This document shows, one piece after another, positions 16,092-23,580 of a DNA stretch of 23,580 bases. The stretch is from positions 1 through 23,580 of the forward strand of contig JBHIBG010000038.1 of NCBI GenBank assembly GCA_046758965.1, in the 5' to 3' direction. Positions within the stretch are counted from its first letter, which is position 1; each line of letters opens with the position of its first letter. Made by a program: the position numbers and the translations under genes. The notes under the pieces were generated by a model. It made no database searches and was not told where the DNA came from. It saw nothing but the letters and a program-made list of their open reading frames with translations. The DNA is from Candidatus Methylomirabilia bacterium (lineage in GTDB: Bacteria > Methylomirabilota > Methylomirabilia > Rokubacteriales > CSP1-6).

Positions 16092-17810
16092 ATGGTTAGC
16101 GATGAGTCCTTTCAGCAGAGGCGCGACGCAGAAGAAACATGGCGCAGCCAGTTTGAGCGAATCTGTCACCGTTTCGGCGTAAAGCCGGAGGAGTATCGGC
16201 GGACAACCCATTCCGGCATTCCCCTCAAGCCGGTCTACTTCCGTCATGACGCTGAGCAGATCGGGTTGAGTGGCTCAGAGGCGCCTGGTCAATACCCGTA
16301 CACGCGGGGGCTTTACGCGACCCAGTACCAGTTTATGCCCTGGGCGAACCAGCCGGTGATCGGGTGCGGGCTGCCTGAGCACACCCGAGAGCGGATGGAC
16401 TACCTCGCCTCTCAGGGGATGGTTGGATACTTCGGGAGCCGCTTCTACAACCTGGTCTATGACCTCGTCGCCCACGAGGGCCTCGACCCCGACCATCCTG
16501 CGGCCAGGGGCCGCGTCGGCCAGTGCGGGATGGCCGTCTACTCCAAGCGGGACATGGCGACCCTGTTCGAGGGGCTCGACCTGACGCAAATGAACGTGGT
16601 CCACATCACGTACTACCAGACCCACCCTACCTTCGCTCAGTACTTGGCCTATGCCGAAGAGGGGGGGGTGCCGTGGGAGAAGCTCCGCGGCAACACCATG
16701 AACTGGTACCACCAGGCGGCCTATGTGGGGATGAGCTGCTTCCCCCCCAGGAGCGCCTTGAAGTTGGCCGTCCAGCTCATCCATTTCTGTAGCCGCCGGA
16801 TGCCTCAGTGGAACACGACGAATTTCTTCGGCTACGGGGTTGAGGAGGCCGGGGCGACGGCGGCGCAGGAGGTAGGCCTCATGCTGGCTGCCGGCGCGGC
16901 GTACACAGAGGCGTGCATGCGAGCGGGGCTGCAGCCGGATGAGTTCCTGCCACGCTTCGGGTTCCAAATCGCCCAGGCCAACGACTTCTTCGAGGAGATC
17001 TGCAAGGTCCGGGCTCTTCGCAAGCTCTGGGCCACGCAGAACCGTGAGCGCTTCGGGGCCAAGGATCCCCGCTCGATGCACGTTCGCATCCACACTCACA
17101 CCTCAGGAGCGGTCCTGACCCGCCAGCAGCCGCTCAACAACCTGATTCGCGCGACCCTCCACACCCTGGGCGCGGCCCTTGCCGGCGTGCAGGCCATGGA
17201 GGTCTGCGGCTATGACGAGGCCATCGCGATCCCCACAGAAGAGGCGGCAACGCTCGCCCTGCGGAGCCAGCAGATCATCCAGGAGGAGACCAATGTCGCG
17301 GCCGTATCTGACCCGCTGGGAGGGTCGTACTACGTCGAGTCGCTGACACAGCTGGTGGGGGCCGCGGCGCTGGAGGTTCAGCGAACGGTCGAGGAGGCGG
17401 GCGGGTACGTCCGAGCCTGGGAGAGCGGCCTGGTCCGTTCTATGGTCGAGCAATCCGCCTACGAATGGCGCGAAGCCGTCAACCGGGGGGAACGAGTCGT
17501 GGTGGGGGTCAACAAGTACGTGACGGAGAAAGAGCCGCCGGTGCCGGTGTTCAGCGTGAACCCTGAGGTCGAGCGAATCGCCGTCGAGCGCGTGCAGCAT
17601 CTCCGGACGGAGCGCGACCAGCCCCGCTGGAAGGCAGCGATGGAGGCTGTGCACCGAGAAGCGCGCGCCTTTTCGGCGAAGGAGATTGAAGACCTTGATG
17701 GCGATTATGGTCTTATTGAGGCTCTCGTGGAGGCGGCTCGGGCCGATGCCACCGTCGGAGAGCTGATGGGAGTGCTCAAGGAGCACCTGGGCTGGGGTTC
17801 TGCATACTGA
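16092..17810 (+). CDS. B12-dependent acyl-CoA mutase, large (substrate-binding) subunit, methylmalonyl-CoA mutase family, divergent
   Basis: AAAGGAG SD 7 nt before ATG 16092; T.SGIPLKPVY, PG.YPYTRG, EAGATAAQE, FFEEI.K.RA.R.LW, TSG..LT.QQP.NN..R, DEA.AIP, DPLGGSYYVESLT, VVGVNKY, ATVGE; no C-terminal B12 domain. Confidence 0.93.
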   Translation: MVSDESFQQRRDAEETWRSQFERICHRFGVKPEEYRRTTHSGIPLKPVYFRHDAEQIGLSGSEAPGQYPYTRGLYATQYQFMPWANQPVIGCGLPEHTRERMDYLASQGMVGYFGSRFYNLVYDLVAHEGLDPDHPAARGRVGQCGMAVYSKRDMATLFEGLDLTQMNVVHITYYQTHPTFAQYLAYAEEGGVPWEKLRGNTMNWYHQAAYVGMSCFPPRSALKLAVQLIHFCSRRMPQWNTTNFFGYGVEEAGATAAQEVGLMLAAGAAYTEACMRAGLQPDEFLPRFGFQIAQANDFFEEICKVRALRKLWATQNRERFGAKDPRSMHVRIHTHTSGAVLTRQQPLNNLIRATLHTLGAALAGVQAMEVCGYDEAIAIPTEEAATLALRSQQIIQEETNVAAVSDPLGGSYYVESLTQLVGAAALEVQRTVEEAGGYVRAWESGLVRSMVEQSAYEWREAVNRGERVVVGVNKYVTEKEPPVPVFSVNPEVERIAVERVQHLRTERDQPRWKAAMEAVHREARAFSAKEIEDLDGDYGLIEALVEAARADATVGELMGVLKEHLGWGSAY

Positions 17811-17819
17811 TCAGGTGAG

Positions 17820-18242
17820 ATGATGGCCAAGGACCGAATCAAGGTACTTCTTGCCAAGCCCACTCACGACTGCCATGATCGGGGTGTCCGCTACCTCATG
17901 AGGGTGCTTCGAGACGCTGGAATGGAGGTCGTGTTCACGAATTTCCTTCTTCCCCAGGAGGTGGTTGGTGTGGCGCTCCAAGAGGACGTGGATGTCGTGG
18001 GCATCTCCAGCTCGTCCGGCGGCCACGTGCCGGTGATCGAGGAGCTTCGGCTCCAGCTCGATGCCAACGGGATCGGCCATGCCTTGCTTCTGGTAGGGGG
18101 TGTTATCCCTGAGGACGACCTTTCGAGGCTCGAGACACTCGGCGTGCATAAGGTTTTCGGTCCAGGGACCGTGCCGGCGGAGGTGGCAGGGTACATCAAG
18201 ACCGAACTGGGCAGGAAGGAGGTCCAGCATGCTGGCGCCTGA
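17820..18242 (+). CDS. Cobalamin-binding small subunit of the acyl-CoA mutase
   Basis: AKP..DCHDRG (DxHxxG), LRDAGMEV, QEDVDVVG.S..SG.H, GGVIP, FGPGT. Start 17820 or 17823. Confidence 0.95.
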   Translation: MMAKDRIKVLLAKPTHDCHDRGVRYLMRVLRDAGMEVVFTNFLLPQEVVGVALQEDVDVVGISSSSGGHVPVIEELRLQLDANGIGHALLLVGGVIPEDDLSRLETLGVHKVFGPGTVPAEVAGYIKTELGRKEVQHAGA

Positions 18243-19155
18243 GCACGTCAAGCGGGTGGCAGTCATCGGAGGCGGCGGCCTCATGGGTCACGGCATCGCC
18301 CTGGCGTGTCTTCAGAAGGGGTACGAGGTCACCCTGGTGTCGCGGCGGGGGAAGACTCTCGAGCACGGCATCGGGTTGATCAAGGACGGACCCTTCGGCC
18401 TGGCCAAGGCGGTCAAGCGGGGAAAGCTGACGACCGCGGAGGCTGACAGCTGCCTGGCCCGTGTGCGGGGGAGCACCGACTATGCGGAAGGGGTCGGGCA
18501 GGCGGAGGTGGTCCTTGAGTCCATCCCCGAAGAGGTTCAATCCAAGCGCGAATGTTTCCGGCTCATCGAATCCCTGGCCCCGGCTGACGCGGTCTTTGCC
18601 AGCAACACCTCGTCCATCCTCATTGCCGAGTTGGCGGGAGCCTTGGCTCGGCCGGAACGACTGGTGGGGACCCACTGGTTCTATCCGGCCAATGTGATGC
18701 CGCTGGTGGAGGTCTCGAGGAGCGAGCTGACGTCTGACCAGGCTTTGGAGTTCATGGTCGCGTTCTTGGGCCGGATGGGAAAGAAGCCGGTCGTGGTCCG
18801 TGATTCCCCGGGCTTCTTCATGACGCGCTTCATCAATACGTACATTGCCGAGGCCATCCGTCTCGTGGAGCTGGGCATCGCGGGCGTCAGGGAGGTCGAC
18901 GAGATGGTGAAGGCCGGGCTCGGGTGGCCGATGGGCATTTTCGAGCTGCTGGACGACACGGCGTCCTTTGACTCCTGGTATCATGCCCAGCGCTACCTCT
19001 GGGAGACCTGTGGGGAGCGCTACGTTATCCCGCCTCTGGCAAGGAAGGTCTTTGAAGCCGGCTACCGGGGCCGGCCGGAGCTCAAGCCGGGCTCCAAGGG
19101 CGGTTGGTACGATTTCTTCAAGGAGCCGCGCATCGACAAGAAGGTCACGCAATAG
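18229..19155 (+). CDS. 3-hydroxyacyl-CoA dehydrogenase family protein, divergent
   Basis: AAGGAGG SD, overlaps the previous gene by 14 nt; GGGGLMGHGIA, ESIPE, SNTSS, GTHWFYP..MPLVE, DSPGF, GWPMG.FEL.D. Confidence 0.9.
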   Translation: MLAPEHVKRVAVIGGGGLMGHGIALACLQKGYEVTLVSRRGKTLEHGIGLIKDGPFGLAKAVKRGKLTTAEADSCLARVRGSTDYAEGVGQAEVVLESIPEEVQSKRECFRLIESLAPADAVFASNTSSILIAELAGALARPERLVGTHWFYPANVMPLVEVSRSELTSDQALEFMVAFLGRMGKKPVVVRDSPGFFMTRFINTYIAEAIRLVELGIAGVREVDEMVKAGLGWPMGIFELLDDTASFDSWYHAQRYLWETCGERYVIPPLARKVFEAGYRGRPELKPGSKGGWYDFFKEPRIDKKVTQ

Positions 19156-19166
19156 GAAGGGTACGC

Positions 19167-20366
19167 ATGCGTGAGGTGCTGTTAGCTTCCGCCGTTCGGA
19201 CGCCGATTGGCGCCTTCGGTGGATCCCTTCGGGAGGTAAAAGCCTCCCAGCTCGGGACGTATTGCGCTGAGGAGGCGATCCGAAGGGCGCGGGTTCCCAA
19301 GGAGGCCATTGACGAGTCGATCTTCGGCTGCGTGATGCAGGCAATGTACGAGGCCAGCTTGGGCCGTACAGTCGCTCAGATGATCGGGCTCCCGGACACG
19401 GTGCCGGGCTTCACGGTGCAGCAGCAGTGCTGTTCGGGCATGCAGGCCCTTATCCTCGGGGCTGGGCGCATCGCGATGGGTGAGGCCGATGCGGTGCTGG
19501 TGGGCGGCGTCGAGAGCATGAGTCTGGCCCCGTATGTCTCTTACGGGAGCCGGTGGGGCAGGCGCCTGGGCCACCAGCAGCTGATCGATAGCATCACGGA
19601 AATCACGTATGCCGGGAGCCAGATGATCGGCAAAGAGTGGTACATGGGCGCTCTGGCCGAGCACCATGCCGACGTCTACAAGCTCAGCCGCGAGGAGCAG
19701 GATGCCTACGCGCTCGAAAGCCACCGGCGGGCGGTGGAGGCCCAGCGGGCCGGCCGGTTCCGCGATGAGACAATTCCCGTTCCGACCAAGGGGCCGACGG
19801 GACAGGCGCGCCTGATCGACCGGGATGAGCGGCCCAGACCAACCCTCACCCTGGCAGACCTTGCCGAGCTTTCCCCGGCGTTCAAGCAGGGCGGGAGCGT
19901 GACGGCTGGAAACAGTTGCGGCTTCAACGATGGAGGGGCCGCCGCGGTCTTGGTGTCGGAGGATCTTCTCGAACGGTTCCCGATCGCGCCGCTTGCGCGA
20001 GTTCTTGTGCCGAGCCTGGTGACCGTGGGCTGTGAGCCTCCTCTGATGGGGTACGCCATCGTCCCGGCCGTGCGCAAAGCCCTCAAGCGCACCGCGCTCG
20101 GCCTTGAGGAGATCGACCTGATCGAAGCCAATGAAGCGTTCGCTGCTCAGATGCTCGTGGACGAGCGGGAATTGGGGTGGGACCGCAGCCGGGTGAACGT
20201 CAATGGCGGGGGGATCGCCCTGGGGCATCCGGTCGGCTCCTCCGGCCTGCGGATTGTCGTGACGCTGGTGCATGAGATGCGGCGGCGGAACTCGGCGCGG
20301 GGGCTTGGCACCATTGCTGCTGGCAGTGGGTTGGGCACAGCCGTGATTCTTGAGCGGAACCGGTAA
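19167..20366 (+). CDS. Thiolase family protein lacking the C-terminal catalytic Cys
   Basis: RTPIGAFGGSL, QQCCSG, GGVESMS, TAGN..G.NDG, NEAF, NGGGIALGHP; TIAAGSG in place of SLCIGGG. Confidence 0.92.
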   Translation: MREVLLASAVRTPIGAFGGSLREVKASQLGTYCAEEAIRRARVPKEAIDESIFGCVMQAMYEASLGRTVAQMIGLPDTVPGFTVQQQCCSGMQALILGAGRIAMGEADAVLVGGVESMSLAPYVSYGSRWGRRLGHQQLIDSITEITYAGSQMIGKEWYMGALAEHHADVYKLSREEQDAYALESHRRAVEAQRAGRFRDETIPVPTKGPTGQARLIDRDERPRPTLTLADLAELSPAFKQGGSVTAGNSCGFNDGGAAAVLVSEDLLERFPIAPLARVLVPSLVTVGCEPPLMGYAIVPAVRKALKRTALGLEEIDLIEANEAFAAQMLVDERELGWDRSRVNVNGGGIALGHPVGSSGLRIVVTLVHEMRRRNSARGLGTIAAGSGLGTAVILERNR

Positions 20367-20420
20367 GGGCAGCGAGCCCCAGCGAATCTCGCAGATCCCC
20401 CACAGAGGCTGGGAGGGAGC

Positions 20421-21860
20421 ATGGCCCTGAGGAGTGTCGAGCAGTATCTGGAGAGTCTCCGGGACGGCCGGACGGTGTACTACCGGGGCGAGCGGGTGGC
20501 TGATGTGACTGCCGATCCGGAACTGGGGATCGGAGCCCGCCACTGCGCCATCGACTACGCCCTGGCCCATGACCCGCACCACCGGGAGCTCGCCCGCATC
20601 GCAGAGGACGGGCGGACGATCAACCGGTTCTACAAGACCCCACGGAATGCCGACGATCTGCTCCAGCGGCGTGAGCTGATCGCCGGGACCACATATGCGG
20701 GACGAGCCATCATCCAGCTCATCCGGGAGATCGGGACCGACTTCCTCTTTGCCCACGCCATCGTCAGCCACGCGATGCAGGAGAAGGCCAAGGCCCCGTA
20801 CTACGAGCGGCTCCAGGCCTATCACCGGTCGGTGGCGGAGAGCGACCTGGCCATGGCGGTGGCCCAGACCGATGTGAAGGGCGACCGGAGCCGTGGGCCG
20901 ACGGAGCAGGAGCACCCCGACTACTACCTCCGCGTCGTGGAGCGGCAGAACGGTGGGGTCGTGGTCCGGGGCTGCAAGGCGCATACCACCAGCGCCATCT
21001 ATGCCAACGAGATTATTGCCATTCCCACGCGAGCCCTGAGCGGGGGAGACGCGGACTACGCTCTCGCAGTGGCGGTCCCGGCCAACGCGCAGGGCCTCCG
21101 GTTCATCGTGAGCCCGCTCTCGGGCGGCGGGAGGTCGGCCTTCCATGCCCCGATCTCGTCCCGGCACAAGATCTTCGACACGCTGACCGTCTTCGACGAT
21201 GTGTTCGTCCCCCGGGAGCGCGTCTTCCTTTGCGGGGAGACGCCGTACGCCGGGGCGCTCGCCCTCGGCTTCGTGGAGTTCCACCGGTTCACCGCCATCT
21301 CCTACAAGCTTCCGCTCCTGGACCTCATGATCGGCGCCGCCATGCTGATGGCCGAGGCCAACGGCATTGAGAAGGCGGGCCACGTGCGGGAGAAGCTCTC
21401 CCGGCTGATCGCCTACCGGGAAACGGTCCGTGCCCTCACGGTGGCCGCGGCTCACGAGTGCAAGGTCAAGGGACCGGGGGTGGCGGTGCCCGACACCACG
21501 ATCACGAACATCGCCAAGCAGTATTTCGCCGAGAACTACCACGCGATGGTCCAGAAGGTCCAGGATATCGCTGGTGGGCTGCTCGTCACCGGTCCGGCGG
21601 AAGAGGATCTGGCGAACCCCGAGACCAAGGCCGACGTGGAGAAGTACCTGGGCGGGCGGCAGGGGTTCGGCGCTCACAACCGGCTCCGGCTCCTGAACCT
21701 CATCCACGACCTCATGGCCTCCGACTTCGGCGGCTATCACGAGCTGCTGGCCATCCACGCGGAGGGGTCGCTGGAGGCCCAGAAGATCACCATCCTCCGC
21801 GGCTTCGACGCCGGGGCCTGTCGCGCCTTCGCCGCTGAATGTGCGAACTTGGAGCGCTAA
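20421..21860 (+). CDS. 4-hydroxybutyryl-CoA dehydratase / 4-hydroxyphenylacetate 3-hydroxylase (AbfD/HpaB) family flavoprotein, without Fe-S ligand cysteines
   Basis: QYLESLRDGR.VY..GERV, AQTDVKGDRS, DYYLRVVE...G.VVRG.KAHTT, FDDVFVP.ERVFL.GE, QDIAGG, KYL, R.RL.NLI.D, HAEGS..AQ. Confidence 0.88.
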   Translation: MALRSVEQYLESLRDGRTVYYRGERVADVTADPELGIGARHCAIDYALAHDPHHRELARIAEDGRTINRFYKTPRNADDLLQRRELIAGTTYAGRAIIQLIREIGTDFLFAHAIVSHAMQEKAKAPYYERLQAYHRSVAESDLAMAVAQTDVKGDRSRGPTEQEHPDYYLRVVERQNGGVVVRGCKAHTTSAIYANEIIAIPTRALSGGDADYALAVAVPANAQGLRFIVSPLSGGGRSAFHAPISSRHKIFDTLTVFDDVFVPRERVFLCGETPYAGALALGFVEFHRFTAISYKLPLLDLMIGAAMLMAEANGIEKAGHVREKLSRLIAYRETVRALTVAAAHECKVKGPGVAVPDTTITNIAKQYFAENYHAMVQKVQDIAGGLLVTGPAEEDLANPETKADVEKYLGGRQGFGAHNRLRLLNLIHDLMASDFGGYHELLAIHAEGSLEAQKITILRGFDAGACRAFAAECANLER

Positions 21861-22012
21861 ACGAGCCTGAGCTATGCGCCGGGAATGTCGCTCCGGGCGA
21901 ATCCGACGAGCCGTAGCGGGCTGCGAAGCGCAGGACGCCGGAGCGCTCCAAACCGCACAACGGAGTTGGCTAGCTCGGCCCGCAACGAGCGCGCGACTGT
22001 AGGCTGTTTCGG

Positions 22013-22031
22013 GCGCGGGCTTTGCCCGCGC
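22013..22031. other. Perfect 8-bp hairpin downstream of the mutase cassette
   Basis: GCGCGGGC-TTT-GCCCGCGC; no U-tract, so terminator versus REP-like role is unresolved. Confidence 0.4.
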
Positions 22032-22144
22032 AACCCAGATGGGGGGGGAGGTTCGGTACGCGAAGCAGCCTCGCCGGGGCGAGGCTGCGGAGAGCGTGAG
22101 CCGGAGGCGAGTGTAGGGGGGCGGAGCCCCCCTCCGAGGAAGCG

Positions 22145-23293
22145 ATGCGGGACCTCTACTACCTGACTGATGAGCAGCGTCAGGTCCGCGACCTGACTCG
22201 GGCGATCGCGCGGGAGAAGATCGCCCCGCTCGCGCCCCACTACGATGAGACCGAGCGCTATCCCGAGGAGCCGATGCGCCTCTTGGCTGATCAGGGGCTC
22301 CTGGGGATCTGGGTTCCCGAGGCGTACGGGGGCACAGCCATGGGGGCGCTGGCGCTCTCCCTGGCGGTCGAGGAGATCGCCTGGGCGTGCGCGGCCACCG
22401 CAACGAACTTCCTTTCGACGCCGCTGGGGGGCTATCCCATTCTCCTGGCCGGGACCGAGGAGCAGAAGAAGCGCTACCTCCCGCGCCTGGCTTCGGGTGA
22501 GATCCTCGCAGCGTACTCGCTCTCGGAGTCCGCGTCCGGGTCCGACGCGGCCTCGCTCCAGACCGAGGCGATCCGGAAGGGCGATCGCTACATCCTGAAC
22601 GGGACCAAGCTCTGGTGCTCGAACGGGGATCACGCCGGCGTGATCACCCTCTTTGCCACCGTGGACCGGTCCAAGGGAGCCAAAGGGGTGACGGCCTTCC
22701 TGGTGGAGCCGACCTTCCCCGGGTTTGCCATCGGCAAGAACGAAAGAAAGCTGGGGATCCGGGCCTCGCCCACCGTCGCCTTCCATCTGACCGACTGCGA
22801 GGTGCCCGTGGGGAATCGGCTCGGGGCAGAGGGTGAGGGGTTCAAGATCGCCATGCGGACGCTGGATTACACCCGTGCGCCGACCGGCGTCATCGCGGTG
22901 GGGATCGCCCAGGCCGCTCTGGACGCCGCTCTGGCCTACGCGAAGGAGCGCCGTCAGTTCGGCCAGCCCATCGCCTCATTCCAAGGGATCCAGTTCATGC
23001 TGGCCGACATGGCGATGGCGGTCTACGCCTCGCGCCTCTTGGTGCACCATACGGCCCAGCTGGTGGACCGGGAAGTCTCGCCAGTGATGCTGGAGGCCTC
23101 CATGGCGAAGTGTTTCGCGGCGGACACGGCCATGCGGGTGACCACCGACGCAGTCCAGATCTTCGGCGGGTACGGGTACACCCGCGAATACCCTGTGGAG
23201 CGCTACATGCGGGACGCCAAGGTGACCCAGATCTACGAGGGGACCAACCAGATCCAGCGTCTCGTCATCGCCCGGGAGCTCTTAGGCCTTTAG
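22145..23293 (+). CDS. Acyl-CoA dehydrogenase (short-chain/butyryl-CoA type)
   Basis: [78 protein letters not shown]. Confidence 0.96.
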   Translation: MRDLYYLTDEQRQVRDLTRAIAREKIAPLAPHYDETERYPEEPMRLLADQGLLGIWVPEAYGGTAMGALALSLAVEEIAWACAATATNFLSTPLGGYPILLAGTEEQKKRYLPRLASGEILAAYSLSESASGSDAASLQTEAIRKGDRYILNGTKLWCSNGDHAGVITLFATVDRSKGAKGVTAFLVEPTFPGFAIGKNERKLGIRASPTVAFHLTDCEVPVGNRLGAEGEGFKIAMRTLDYTRAPTGVIAVGIAQAALDAALAYAKERRQFGQPIASFQGIQFMLADMAMAVYASRLLVHHTAQLVDREVSPVMLEASMAKCFAADTAMRVTTDAVQIFGGYGYTREYPVERYMRDAKVTQIYEGTNQIQRLVIARELLGL

Positions 23294-23450
23294 GCCCGAG
23301 TCGACGTGCTCCCCCCAAGGCAGGCGCGGCTGCGTTCCCCTGCGGGTGGCTCGAGAGCGCTCTCCGACGGGCGCGGGCTCCGCCGGAGGCGAGGGAGGTC
23401 CGAACCCCCGCGAGGAGAGGATTGTGAGTGTCGAGAGGAGGTCTTCAGCG

Positions 23451-23580
23451 ATGGCGCAGCACAAGTTTCTCCTTGACGAGAAGGATCTCCCGACGCAGTG
23501 GTACAACATCCAGGCCACCCTCCCCGCTCCGCTGCCGCCCGTCATCCATCCCGGCACGATGAAGCCCATCGGCCCTCAGG
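23451..23580 (+). CDS. trpB2: TrpB-like PLP enzyme (tryptophan synthase beta type 2), 3' partial
   Basis: GAGGAGG SD; translation MAQHKFLLDEKDLPTQWYNIQATLPAPLPPVIHPGTMKPIGPQ matches the K..L.E...P..WYNI...LP....P..HP.T N-terminus of TrpB2; not in the ORF track. Confidence 0.8.
   Translation, partial: MAQHKFLLDEKDLPTQWYNIQATLPAPLPPVIHPGTMKPIGPQ

Noticed and set aside
16092..17810. Calling the mutase methylmalonyl-CoA mutase (mutA/scpA) or isobutyryl-CoA mutase (icmA)
   Set aside because: The Tyr/Phe89, Arg207 and His244 equivalents are not present.
20421..21860. Evidence for a 4-hydroxybutyrate carbon-fixation cycle (abfD) or for hpaB
   Set aside because: The Fe-S ligand cysteines of AbfD and the HpaB catalytic motif are missing; no flavin reductase partner is adjacent.
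19182..22403. 1073-aa minus-strand ORF (and other long antisense ORFs such as 8865-10820, 12604-14064, 4444-5688)
   Set aside because: Shadow frames opposite well-supported genes in GC-rich DNA; no recognisable motifs.

Overview
GC-rich bacterial chromosomal window of about 22 genes, nearly all on the + strand, with no transposase, tRNA/rRNA or CRISPR recognised. Left to right: a 5'-truncated HAMP-PAS histidine kinase followed by a kinase-like protein lacking the phosphoacceptor His; an SDR; an M1 aminopeptidase; an AhpD/CMD-family gene that the ORF track truncates at an in-frame TGA (CxxU motif plus SECIS-like hairpin, a probable selenoprotein); a convergent small secreted protein with ten [K/T]NPCAA repeats; an LLM/F420-type oxidoreductase; a D-cysteine desulfhydrase-type enzyme; an alpha/beta hydrolase; a shortened rhodanese; enoyl-CoA hydratase; HAD hydrolase; apt; thiolase; 3-hydroxybutyryl-CoA dehydrogenase; a five-gene B12-mutase cassette; an acyl-CoA dehydrogenase; and the start of a TrpB2-like gene. 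The best candidate for a new system is the cassette at 16092-21860: a two-subunit B12-dependent acyl-CoA mutase, a 3-hydroxyacyl-CoA dehydrogenase, a thiolase and an AbfD/HpaB-family flavoprotein, each with non-canonical active-site residues, suggesting an uncharacterised carbon-skeleton-rearranging pathway. All family calls come from motif recognition by eye and recalled reference motifs; no database search was run.
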